Shown: positions 29,905 through 38,996 of the stretch, one piece after another
Position numbering within the stretch: the first letter of the stretch is position 1
Layout of the letters: every line of letters begins with the position of its first letter
IMG/VR virus record: IMGVR_UViG_3300005613_000001
Coordinates: 372,001-436,000 of that record
Length of the DNA stretch: 64,000 bases
Strand: one strand, 5' to 3'
Notes under the pieces: model-generated
Database searches by the model: none
What the model was told of the DNA's origin: nothing
The model's input: the letters and a program-made list of their open reading frames with translations, nothing else
Made by a program: the position numbers and the translations under genes

Positions 29905-30084
29905 ATGAAAATTTCAGTAATAGTAACAGATCAGGGCAACGGGGGAGCTTATTGTCCGAATTGCCATAAATGTCTTGATAATGGAGATCCCCGCATCAAG
30001 TTCCCCTCAAAGTGCCCCAAATGTGAAGTTGAATTTACAGGTGTTGATGAACCCTGGCTCAGCCCAGGTGGGAGTGATTTTTAA
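29905..30084 (+). CDS. small Zn-ribbon protein
   Basis: hand-translated; CPNC..CPKC; AAGGAG RBS. Confidence 0.6.
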   Translation: MKISVIVTDQGNGGAYCPNCHKCLDNGDPRIKFPSKCPKCEVEFTGVDEPWLSPGGSDF

Positions 30085-30086
30085 AC

Positions 30087-30119
30087 AAAAAAGGCCCCTT
30101 TCTAACGAAAGGGGCCTTT
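30087..30119. terminator. bidirectional terminator closing the cas locus
   Basis: AAAAAAGGCCCCTTTC TAAC GAAAGGGGCCTTT. Confidence 0.88.
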
Positions 30120-30164
30120 CCCAAGGGCTTCGAGTCATTGTCCAATCTTATGTGACGACACCCC

Positions 30165-30199
30165 GTTTCGACCCACACGGTCAGATAAATTCTGCCATG
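30165..30199 (-). CRISPR. solitary degenerate repeat overlapping the cas3 stop
   Basis: hairpin CATGG-CAGA/TCTG-A-CCGTG followed by TGGGTCGAAAC (repeat handle is TGGGTTGAAAC). Confidence 0.55.
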
Positions 30200-32388
30200 T
30201 AACCTAGAAAGTTAGGATCATAGGCACCCTTCCAAATGTAAAATCCATCTTCATTTTTTACAACAGGACACTTATCTTTCTTTTTCTCATATATCTGAAC
30301 GCTGTTTCTTGTAATCTCGTTTCGTGAAAGTGGATCATTCTTTAGAACGCTAGGATCAATAACTGCTGCAAATTTCAATGCGTTAATAACACGAAAATAC
30401 TCACCCACAGTTCTTAATTTCCCAGCATTCTCAGCCCGAACCAATTCTTCAATTGTGTACCCTTTGTCGTCGGGCTCTCTTTTTATCTTCTTTTCTTTTT
30501 CTGTTTCTAGTTGTAATTTGGCCGCTGCATCACACATTTCCGGGCCATAAGTCCCCTTTTTGTAAAAATCTCTGAATATCTTCGCAGGAATTTGGAATTC
30601 AGGATTTTCTGTAAATGGGTTGAAAGGATTAAAATTATCTTCATCTTGCTGTTCAAGTTCAAATATCTGAATAAAAGAATCTCTATAAAGACCTTCCCTG
30701 TTAATCCTTCCTTTGCACTGATGAGCATTATCTAGCCCTGCAATTTCTCTAAATCCATAACGGAATGAGAAATCAATTCCACACTCTACGCAAGATGTGG
30801 CTACAAGAATCCAATCATCATTCGGGCGATTTTTTAATTTCTTTATCACTCTATCCAATATTGCTTGTCTATCTTTGGGAGTAAGACAAGTTGATAGGTG
30901 TTCGACCTCTTTGCCTTGTTCATATAATGTTTTGGCAACTATAGCTGCATTTTTGATTGTATTAAATACAGCTAATTTTGGACCTTGAGGCTTAGAAATC
31001 ATTCTGCAAACACTTTGCAACGTATGCTTCCAAGGAGAATACCTTATTTCCACTCTCCCATTCTCTCTCTCAAGTGTTTTTTTGCTCAATTTAGGAGGAA
31101 TGATAGAGGGAACTTCAAAATCAAAACCACTTAATTCCTTAAAATAAGCATCCTCCCAAGGTCTAATTAGTGAACCTGAAGAAAAGAGCACTTTGCACCC
31201 TAGATTTTCAACAAGATATTTAAGCGACTTTAGTGCTAAAGGCCAAAAAATCAGAGGTATTGAAATGTGGGATTCATCAATAATGATAAAAGATCCTGCG
31301 AAGTTATGCAGTTTCCTTAATTTTCTTGTCCTACAAGCCAATAAAGATTCAAAAAACTGTACTGCTGTTGTGCAAACAATGGGACAGCTACATGTTGTTG
31401 CTAGAGCTTTTGCCCGAATACCCCTTCCTACGTCCTCATCATCTTCTACTTGATGATGATATTCGCCTACTGTTTCTGGTCCCTCATTTGGAAGTAACAA
31501 TTTGCGATATGTGTTCACACTTTGTGATATAATAGAGCAAAATGGAGCCACATAAATTATTTTCCTTGGATTCTGTTTAAGGGCATAAGCCATTAAAGCC
31601 GTAGTTTTCCCTGTTCCCACTTCGCTAGGACAACAAACAACGGGAGCCTCAACAGGAGAATTTCTACAAGCCCCATATACCGATGCCCTTATTCTATTTC
31701 TATCGTTATTTTCACTTTCTTTTTGCAAATTGTGAATGTAAGTATCTAATATTTTAAGTCGTTTCTCGGCATCTAGTTCTAACTCCGATTCAATTACAAA
31801 ATTGCCATAATGTTGGGCTGTATCATGCCAATCTGCGTCTACCAAGCATGATAAAGCAATTCTCATTAAATTGGGTGAAAGTTTATTGGGCGAATCTCCT
31901 TGTATGTCTTTTATTGTCTTGCTATGCTTTTCAACTAGCGATGGCAACATTTCATCAAAATAATCGCAAACCATACCATCATAATCAACCCAAGGGGTTC
32001 TATCTCTAACTAAATTCTCATCTCTATAATCCACACCTGTTGGTGAGTAATCACAATAACCTCTATGGTGCGACACTACCATCCATGCTGCTGGTAAATG
32101 TTTTTCGGAGATAAGATGGGCCGTGCCCGCATCAACATGATTGGGCATCTTGCCATTTTTTTCTCCCCTTAGCACTATTTGGTTGTGTTTTCCAAGTTTG
32201 CCCAAATCATGCCATCTCGCGGCTTTTAAGACAATTAATGACAATGCCTCAAAGTCACTTTTGTTTAAATGCGGGCGTATTTTCTCTAAATTATATTCAC
32301 ATTTACGACAAACCCCTTCAATGTGAGAGGGGTATGTTTGAACCGGAATCCCACGCTCTATGTCTGCTGAATGTGCTAGGTATTCCAT
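30181..32388 (-). CDS. cas3: Cas3 HD nuclease-helicase
   Basis: AHS, WHDLGK, SHH, LVDADW; GTGKTT, IIDESH, GIDFS, Q..GRINREG. Confidence 0.95.
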   Translation of the reverse strand: MEYLAHSADIERGIPVQTYPSHIEGVCRKCEYNLEKIRPHLNKSDFEALSLIVLKAARWHDLGKLGKHNQIVLRGEKNGKMPNHVDAGTAHLISEKHLPAAWMVVSHHRGYCDYSPTGVDYRDENLVRDRTPWVDYDGMVCDYFDEMLPSLVEKHSKTIKDIQGDSPNKLSPNLMRIALSCLVDADWHDTAQHYGNFVIESELELDAEKRLKILDTYIHNLQKESENNDRNRIRASVYGACRNSPVEAPVVCCPSEVGTGKTTALMAYALKQNPRKIIYVAPFCSIISQSVNTYRKLLLPNEGPETVGEYHHQVEDDEDVGRGIRAKALATTCSCPIVCTTAVQFFESLLACRTRKLRKLHNFAGSFIIIDESHISIPLIFWPLALKSLKYLVENLGCKVLFSSGSLIRPWEDAYFKELSGFDFEVPSIIPPKLSKKTLERENGRVEIRYSPWKHTLQSVCRMISKPQGPKLAVFNTIKNAAIVAKTLYEQGKEVEHLSTCLTPKDRQAILDRVIKKLKNRPNDDWILVATSCVECGIDFSFRYGFREIAGLDNAHQCKGRINREGLYRDSFIQIFELEQQDEDNFNPFNPFTENPEFQIPAKIFRDFYKKGTYGPEMCDAAAKLQLETEKEKKIKREPDDKGYTIEELVRAENAGKLRTVGEYFRVINALKFAAVIDPSVLKNDPLSRNEITRNSVQIYEKKKDKCPVVKNEDGFYIWKGAYDPNFLGYMAEFI

Positions 32389-32406
32389 TTTTTGTCCACG
32401 TATAAT

Positions 32407-33587
32407 ATTTCAACCCACGCCATATCAAATGACGAACGCCTCTTGTTATTATCCGCCGCCTCCTCGCCAGTTTCAACCCACGCCATATTAAATGACGAAC
32501 TTGAGCAGGGAAGTGGCTTCCTTTGGTGAATGTTTCAACCCACGCCATATTAAATGACGACTTTCCCGTAGCACGCCGAAAGGATAGTATGGGTTTCAAC
32601 CCACGCCATATTAAATGACGACTTCTCCTGTTTCGGTTTCCTTGGCATTCCGCAGTTTCAACCCACGCCATATCAAATGACGATTGTAAGTAAGCTCCCG
32701 CGAATTATTCTCATCGTTTCAACCCACGCCATATCAATGACGATTGTTAGACGCAATCATTTTGTCGGTGAGTAGCCGCCGTTCGTCGTTTCAACCCACG
32801 CCATATCAAATGACGATTGTTACGTCGCAGAAAGCCTAACGGGATGTGGCTAACGTGTTTCAACCCACGCCATATCAAATGACGATTGTTAGACCCTCAT
32901 TCACGGGAGACTCTATAGTGCATCGTTTCAACCCACGCCATATCAAATGACGATTGTAAGTTGGAATAGATGCAGTCGCAGTCGTCGTTTCAACCCACGC
33001 CAAATGACGGTCGCTTATGTCCTGCTGGGTGTATCCACAATTGTTTCAACCCACGCCATATCAAATGACGATTGTTAGGTAAATGCTACTGGACAGGACG
33101 GATCTATGTCTATGACGGGTTTCAACCCACGCCAAATGACGATTGTTAGTCGGCAGCAATTTCCACCGCCTCCCATTTTGAGTTTCCGTTTCAACCCACG
33201 CCATATCAAATGACGATTGTTAGTACGGGGAATACACCACTTGTGTAGGTGTAAGCGTCGTTTCAACCCACGCCATATCAAATGACGATTGTTAGGATCG
33301 TATGAACAGGGACAAGAGCCAATCCCGCCTCGTTTCAACCCACGCCATATCAAATGACGATTGTTAGCCCCTCTAGCGTCTTTTACTTTGTGCTTTTGTC
33401 CGGTCAGTTTCAACCCACGCCATATCAAATGACGATTGTTAGCCGCCTCAAATACGCATCATTCAAGCCAGAGGTAACAGTTTCAACCCACGCCATATCA
33501 AATGACGATTGTTAGAAAATCTAATGCAAGCTCGCCACCACTCCCAAACGTGTTTCAACCCACGCCATATCAAATGACGATTGTTAG
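32407..33587 (-). CRISPR. type I-C CRISPR array, 18 repeats / 17 spacers
   Basis: consensus CTAACAATCGTCATTTGATATGGCGTGGGTTGAAAC (36 nt), stem CGTCAT/ATGGCG plus 11-nt tail; degenerates toward cas3. Confidence 0.98.
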
Positions 33588-33752
33588 GGCTTATGATTTA
33601 AGTCCTTAACACTAAAAGACTTATGAAGGTGTTTTCGAGAGGTATCAAAAACCACTTTCATTTTTGAGCTTCTTTTTAATTGTTTATCAATTTGCATCAC
33701 CGTAAGTGGTTCTCATTGAGCCACTTACGGTGATGCGAGTGGTGCGGGAGGT
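33588..33752 (-). promoter_or_regulatory. CRISPR leader
   Basis: adjacent to the best-conserved repeats; two TAAGT-N15-ACTTA inverted repeats; 16-bp perfect stem at 33694-33736. Confidence 0.8.
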
Positions 33753-34643
33753 TTATTTAGCACGGAACCCTTCGAATTGGTTCAAATCCTCCACTGGGAA
33801 ATCAAAATCTGGTTGTGAGAACGTGTAATCCTCCAAGGAGTGAGATGCCATAGTAGGATCATCCCCTATCCTCACGGGAGTTAAAGATTCCCAGAATTTT
33901 CGTTCATCAAAACTGCCCAGTGGATTTGTGTGGTCAGCCCACCAAGTATGAAGGACATTCAGTGACCCAGGCGGGCGAGAAGTTGATGTGGAGGATGTAA
34001 AGATGTGCTTCAAAACATGTTTGAATACTTCTACGTCCTCTTGCGTAGTAAAGGTCCGCGTGGCAAGATTCGGATTAACCGAAATTCTTGATACATACAC
34101 TCCATGTGTAATGTATTTCTTGGCTCGGGGAGCCAAATCCGATTCTTCTTGCCGCAATGGGAACCTCTTAGACAATGTGCCGCCATCAAGTTTATTTACT
34201 TTTGCCACCGAAATGGCATTTGATAGCACAACAGGCCCAGTAGCAATAAAGTCAAATTCCTTTTCTTCTTTCTTGCCTTGGATTGCTGTTGTTCCGAATA
34301 GTCTAACATCCCAATACCAATTACAAAAGGCTTCAATGTCCTCACTCAGTTTGGAAGCTAATTTTTTGGCTTCAACACCATCTGAAGCATCTTTAAACCC
34401 TCGCAGCATAGATTCAAAGACATGAAATCTATCGGGATTAATTTCCAATCTTTCTTGCAAATACTGAAAGACCGGCGATTTATGATCTACAAATAAATCC
34501 CGCAGTTTTCTTTTCAGAGAACAATCACTGGCCCAACCATAACCATCAGAGGTTACTCGGGGTTCCCCTTCCCAATCGGGATCGCCATTGGGGTTTCCAA
34601 GGTTACATTCAAAGACGAGCAGACCTGAACTTCTTTTAATCAT
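33753..34643 (-). CDS. cas7: Cas7 (Csd2), type I-C
   Basis: GNPNGDPD...PR, SLKRKLRD, WDVRLFG, TGPV. Confidence 0.95.
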   Translation of the reverse strand: MIKRSSGLLVFECNLGNPNGDPDWEGEPRVTSDGYGWASDCSLKRKLRDLFVDHKSPVFQYLQERLEINPDRFHVFESMLRGFKDASDGVEAKKLASKLSEDIEAFCNWYWDVRLFGTTAIQGKKEEKEFDFIATGPVVLSNAISVAKVNKLDGGTLSKRFPLRQEESDLAPRAKKYITHGVYVSRISVNPNLATRTFTTQEDVEVFKHVLKHIFTSSTSTSRPPGSLNVLHTWWADHTNPLGSFDERKFWESLTPVRIGDDPTMASHSLEDYTFSQPDFDFPVEDLNQFEGFRAK

Positions 34644-34644
34644 G

Positions 34645-35031
34645 TTACTCTCCGTTTTCTTGGGGTTTTCTGTATGAGTATCCGGCTGCTAAAAGCAATG
34701 ATGCTTGGTGTGACAAGCTAGTAGGAAGTTGCCCGTGGGCCGCTTCTGTCATTCTTGACAATAACTCTTCATAGATTCTTACTGAGAAGTAGCAATTATC
34801 ACTTTCCTTTCTTTTGTAGTTTTTCGCCCAATCCAAATACACATTAAAATTTCTTACGAAACTATCCATTCCGCTATCTGGATTGGATCGAATTCCATAA
34901 AGGCTTTTTCCGCCAATCAATGTGGAGGGCACACTTGCCCCACGGCACATGAAAAACGCTCGGTGTATAGCACTCGCCTCTGTAAGAAGCCTCCCTAAAA
35001 GAAATGCCCAATGATTTTCGTAATCTTCCAT
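34645..35031 (-). CDS. cas11: Cas11 small subunit from internal in-frame start within cas8c
   Basis: AAGAAAGG-N7-ATG before MEDYENHWAFLLGRLL; 128 aa; internal translation is established for I-C. Confidence 0.65.
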   Translation of the reverse strand: MEDYENHWAFLLGRLLTEASAIHRAFFMCRGASVPSTLIGGKSLYGIRSNPDSGMDSFVRNFNVYLDWAKNYKRKESDNCYFSVRIYEELLSRMTEAAHGQLPTSLSHQASLLLAAGYSYRKPQENGE

Positions 35032-36453
35032 TTTCAAGCCTTTCTTGTACAAGATTAAATGACCTAGAGGTAAAAGATGCCTTAATAAGTAAGGCGCGTT
35101 TTTGTAATTACATCTAAAGACCATAGGAGCTACATGGGTTGCATAGTGTCTTTCAAATTTAGCAATTGCAGCCGGTTCATTAAAGAACAAATCATGCGCA
35201 TCCCAAATGTTGAAGCCATAAGATTTAACACTTGTAAATTTATCCTCTGCTCCATTGTAATTCCAAGTGCAATTACAAGCATCTACTACATTTCGGAGAT
35301 TTGGGTAGGCAACCTGGAAAATACTTCTGCCGTTTTGTATTCCGGCTTTCCATTCATTGACCCCATTTAATATCTCTTCTGAAGTGGCTGATTTAGAATA
35401 AACAACCCTTCCCACTTTCTTCTGTCCCACTAATTCTAAAACGACAATCCGGCCTACAACATCTCGTTTCTTTTGTTCCCTCATCATTTTTATAAGAGAT
35501 GCTGCCGATTCTTGCCAATCTTCTAAGGTAACCTCACTTTTTGATTCTAATGTTGTTTGATTAGGGAGTATGCTGCTCAGCACCCAATGGGATTTCATCA
35601 CTTTGCCATCTATATTTGTAACGGAGACGCTGTACCAAAGCCCTCCAACTTCCCTTTTATTTTTCTTATCATAATAAGCTTGATGCTCTGGAGATAGAAT
35701 GAAGTCAATCGCCCTTTCGATTTTCCTTCGAGAAGTAATTCCCAAAACGCAGCTTTGAGTGGAATTTAATCCAAAACGCTCAAAACATTGGTTTTTTTCA
35801 AATTTTGAAAAATATTGAATTTGAATATTGCCGGGCTTAACTTCAAAACCCTTTTTATCACTTCCGAAATTAGAATTGCCTAGAATATCTTTTTTCTCAT
35901 CATCTGCTTGCGGACTTTCTAATTGCCCATCTTCTAATTCAAATAATCGTTGACTAATCTTGCGAAGACAAGTAAAGCTTTGAACAGGGCACGGATAGTC
36001 AGAAGGTTTATCTACTTCTAACGCCACATGGAGAGGCTTGTCTTGGTAATATTCTGATAGTTGTTCTATGAAAGCATTTACATCAATCTTTTCTAAATGC
36101 TCTGCCAATTGTTTAAGTGCTAACAATTCCTCTGAACCATCAAAAACTTCTTTGCTGATTTCTATTGTTGTTTGTATTCTTGCTTTAATTCTCTCTAGCT
36201 TTTTCTCCTCATCTTCATCTTTCTTAGGACCAAAAGACAGCCCTATTGCTTTGTTGCTTTTTTTGTAGAATCTAAGATTTCGCCAAGCGTCAAAATCATT
36301 AATTTCTACAATTCCCTTTGGGCCAATGCGAACTTCAATGGCCTTTTGATTGGGATTGGATTTTAATTCACGGTGCCACTGTTCTCCGTCCTGCTCGGGC
36401 GAGATGCCCCAAGATTCTAAACTATCACAAAAAGAGAGCAATTCGTTCAACAT
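34645..36453 (-). CDS. cas8c: Cas8c large subunit (divergent)
   Basis: position between cas5 and cas7; MLNEL start, WHRELK, C-terminal AFLLGRLL..GY. Confidence 0.8.
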   Translation of the reverse strand: MLNELLSFCDSLESWGISPEQDGEQWHRELKSNPNQKAIEVRIGPKGIVEINDFDAWRNLRFYKKSNKAIGLSFGPKKDEDEEKKLERIKARIQTTIEISKEVFDGSEELLALKQLAEHLEKIDVNAFIEQLSEYYQDKPLHVALEVDKPSDYPCPVQSFTCLRKISQRLFELEDGQLESPQADDEKKDILGNSNFGSDKKGFEVKPGNIQIQYFSKFEKNQCFERFGLNSTQSCVLGITSRRKIERAIDFILSPEHQAYYDKKNKREVGGLWYSVSVTNIDGKVMKSHWVLSSILPNQTTLESKSEVTLEDWQESAASLIKMMREQKKRDVVGRIVVLELVGQKKVGRVVYSKSATSEEILNGVNEWKAGIQNGRSIFQVAYPNLRNVVDACNCTWNYNGAEDKFTSVKSYGFNIWDAHDLFFNEPAAIAKFERHYATHVAPMVFRCNYKNAPYLLRHLLPLGHLILYKKGLKMEDYENHWAFLLGRLLTEASAIHRAFFMCRGASVPSTLIGGKSLYGIRSNPDSGMDSFVRNFNVYLDWAKNYKRKESDNCYFSVRIYEELLSRMTEAAHGQLPTSLSHQASLLLAAGYSYRKPQENGE

Positions 36454-37154
36454 AGCTTACTCCATTCAACGTCAAGTTTTTGTTGAATTTTCTGATCCTG
36501 AAAAACTAAAATACCATCCCTCAAGGTCACTTCTTGATCTGTTAATCTTAAAACACCCGCCTCAATTTTTACATTTCTAGCTGTCACCACATCAACGCAT
36601 CCACCGGGTTTATCATCATCAAAGACAGACATAACCATAGTGGGAACATCAAAAGAGCAATCATTGATTTTGGTAATTGGTTTCCCCAAATATGTTGCCA
36701 TAAATTCTTTTCTACCCAAGGAAACAGGGTGGTAGGATTGTCCCCGCTTCAATCTTCTAAAGAATTGATTTTGGAAGGAATGGGCGCAATTAACATTTTG
36801 ATATTTGGCGGGGGATGGTTTGGAGTTTGTATTAAGTGCTAGAGCTAGAATTTGGAATCGCGGCCTAAGCAATACGGATTCATGGAGTTGTAAAGCATTG
36901 TCTTTTTCTATTTGATCTTTGAGGCGGAATGGGCTACGCGAATTATACGTATAGTGCGTATATTGAGGTTTTGCACATACTCCAATTGCTACTATTTCTA
37001 GTTTGACCCCCTTTATTCTACAGCATGATTCAATCATGCCTATACAAGCGGAAGGAGGAGGGAGGGGATAGCTAGCACTTTCACTACCTGTACACGGATC
37101 AGCAAACATCCCGAAGTCGCCAGCGATTTCAAAGCCGATAGGATAAGCAATCAT
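36447..37154 (-). CDS. cas5: Cas5 (Cas5d, crRNA-processing)
   Basis: FEIAGDFGMF.DP..SYP.PPPSA..GMIES, SLGRKEF. Confidence 0.92.
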   Translation of the reverse strand: MIAYPIGFEIAGDFGMFADPCTGSESASYPLPPPSACIGMIESCCRIKGVKLEIVAIGVCAKPQYTHYTYNSRSPFRLKDQIEKDNALQLHESVLLRPRFQILALALNTNSKPSPAKYQNVNCAHSFQNQFFRRLKRGQSYHPVSLGRKEFMATYLGKPITKINDCSFDVPTMVMSVFDDDKPGGCVDVVTARNVKIEAGVLRLTDQEVTLRDGILVFQDQKIQQKLDVEWSKLC

Positions 37155-37181
37155 CTTAAGTTCCTTTTATCCATTGAAAGT

Positions 37182-37415
37182 GTTTCAACCCACGTCATGT
37201 TAATGACGAATCCGCATGCTGCCGTCTGCCACTCGCATGACCTTCTTTCTTTCAACCCACGCCATACTAATGGCGATTGTTAATCTGAGCGACGATTGCT
37301 TGTAAGCCACAGCGCATGAGTTTCAATCCACGCCATATCAAATGACGATTGTTAGTCGCATATCACCCCTGTTGGTGGAGCCGCTGTTTTAACCCACGCC
37401 ATATCAAATGACGAT
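37182..37415 (-). CRISPR. mini-array, 4 divergent repeats / 3 spacers, upstream of cas5
   Basis: repeats at 37182, 37249, 37320, 37386; stems retained through stem-preserving substitutions. Confidence 0.92.
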
Positions 37416-37489
37416 CCACAGTACATTCATCGGCAAAATGACGACGATTGTGACCTACCACGTACAATTCCTTTTCCCCGTATTTTCCC

Positions 37490-37517
37490 ATAATAGCATA
37501 GGTCCATTGAAAGTAAA
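37490..37517 (-). promoter_or_regulatory. predicted promoter of mini-array/cas operon
   Basis: TTTACT-N16-(TG)TATTAT, same architecture as the promoters at 7280-7307 and 38912-38939. Confidence 0.65.
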
Positions 37518-37547
37518 GAGGAATTCTAGTACCAAAATCGGGGGGTT

Positions 37548-38483
37548 CTAATCCACCCACGATCTTGAATCTGGATGCGGAATATAGTTATCTGGCGTTT
37601 TGATTTTTCTACGACCATCATAAATTGGGATCTGATTAGCATAATCATACCATCCAAAAACTGGTTCGTCTTCTGCGCGAGCAAACAATAAATCACCCGA
37701 ACCCGCTTTAACATGATTGTTCATGAAGCTTCGTAGTTCTCCCGCCTCAATAACTTGATCTTGATTGGGGTCAATATCTGGGCTTTCTTCTGCGATTGCC
37801 ACTAATACTTTTTTCATAGGGTCAATTTGATCGCCCCAATAACTCACCTTATTTGCGGGAGAGCTTGCAATCATAGTAAAGAGTTTTTGCTGGTTTTCAG
37901 GCATGCTAGAGATTTCTGGAAGGCCGGAAGCTGCGTAACAAGCGGATTGCCACCATAATGTTTCTTGTTTGCATTCGCCCGCTGCCTCAGCAAAAATTCT
38001 ACCTATGACATCTCTCTTGCCAAATTCAGCCATAGAACCGCTTCGGCTGCCGTGACCACAGGTGTAAATGAAAAGCGTATCTCCTGATACGGCATCTGTT
38101 TTCATTTGTTCAATTAAAAATTCTTTCAAATTAGAAAGGGAAATCTTTTTACCTGACCAAACTACTCGATTGATTCTTGGACCCTCTCCATTAACAAGAT
38201 GCGCTCCAATGTCTTTGATTCTAAGACCTTTTGAGGCTGCTATGTTTGCTACCTCTAACGCTTGACCAGCATTTTTGTTTGCAATAGATTCTGTACAGTG
38301 TTTCAAAACCAAAAATCTAACAGATGTGCGACTGTTTAGTTCGACACTACCAATAAAGTGTTCTTCAACAGCCGGTGCTTGAACATAAAGAGGCGGACTT
38401 TCTTTTGTTTGGTTGCACTTAGAAAGGATTACACATCCCAAAATTAAAGCAGCTACAACTGTAAGTAACAATCGTGCTTTCAT
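37548..38483 (-). CDS. exported caspase-fold (clan CD) peptidase-like protein
   Basis: GDTLFIYTCGHG and QSACYA His/Cys dyad; signal peptide. Confidence 0.75.
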   Translation of the reverse strand: MKARLLLTVVAALILGCVILSKCNQTKESPPLYVQAPAVEEHFIGSVELNSRTSVRFLVLKHCTESIANKNAGQALEVANIAASKGLRIKDIGAHLVNGEGPRINRVVWSGKKISLSNLKEFLIEQMKTDAVSGDTLFIYTCGHGSRSGSMAEFGKRDVIGRIFAEAAGECKQETLWWQSACYAASGLPEISSMPENQQKLFTMIASSPANKVSYWGDQIDPMKKVLVAIAEESPDIDPNQDQVIEAGELRSFMNNHVKAGSGDLLFARAEDEPVFGWYDYANQIPIYDGRRKIKTPDNYIPHPDSRSWVD

Positions 38484-38531
38484 GATAACCTCCTTGATTG
38501 TTTTATGTTATCCTTACTCTTATATAGTGCC

Positions 38532-38828
38532 ATGAAAATCACTTTACAACAAGCAGTAGAATTAGGAATAATAACTCAAAAAGAAGCAGATGACGGTGGT
38601 GTTTATATTCCATCGCGCAAAGAGTTTTTTCCTTATAATAACATTTGGATTACAGAATATTTTTTACAAGATGTGCAAGCACGGCAAAGTATCGTTAATT
38701 CTGCTAGAGCAAGGGATATAACAGATCAAGATATTGATGATTGGCGAGAAGTGGGAAAACAATTAGATGCAATGGATTTCAAAGAAATCAGAAAGCGGGT
38801 TGTATTTGAGAGAGAAGATCATGGGTGA
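38532..38828 (+). CDS. hypothetical protein
   Basis: ORF after TATATA motif. Confidence 0.6.
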   Translation: MKITLQQAVELGIITQKEADDGGVYIPSRKEFFPYNNIWITEYFLQDVQARQSIVNSARARDITDQDIDDWREVGKQLDAMDFKEIRKRVVFEREDHG

Positions 38829-38911
38829 GGGGGCATCATTTGCCTCATTCTGGGGGAATAATCTTGCTCATAAGTTTTCGAAAACGATTTTGCTTTTTTT
38901 GCCCTGGACCC

Positions 38912-38939
38912 TTGACATCGCAATTCTGCATGCTATACT
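38912..38939 (+). promoter_or_regulatory. sigma70-like promoter
   Basis: TTGACA-N16-(TG)TATACT. Confidence 0.75.
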
Positions 38940-38996
38940 GAGAAATAGATGGCAACCCGCAAATGGAAATTGTACCCAGGGCCACTCTACTAGGGT

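Noticed and set aside
32318-33428. ORFs with repeated RHLIWRGLK (also 37363-37560)
   Set aside because: They are translations of CRISPR repeats.
37456-37467. 10/12 similarity between the post-array cas3 leader (ATTATACGTGGA) and ATTGTACGTGGT
   Set aside because: Seed mismatch at position 4 and GGA flank instead of a PAM.
37520-37560. tRNA T-arm-like GGGGGTTCTAATCCACC
   Set aside because: Mismatched stem; no D-arm, anticodon arm or acceptor stem could be built.
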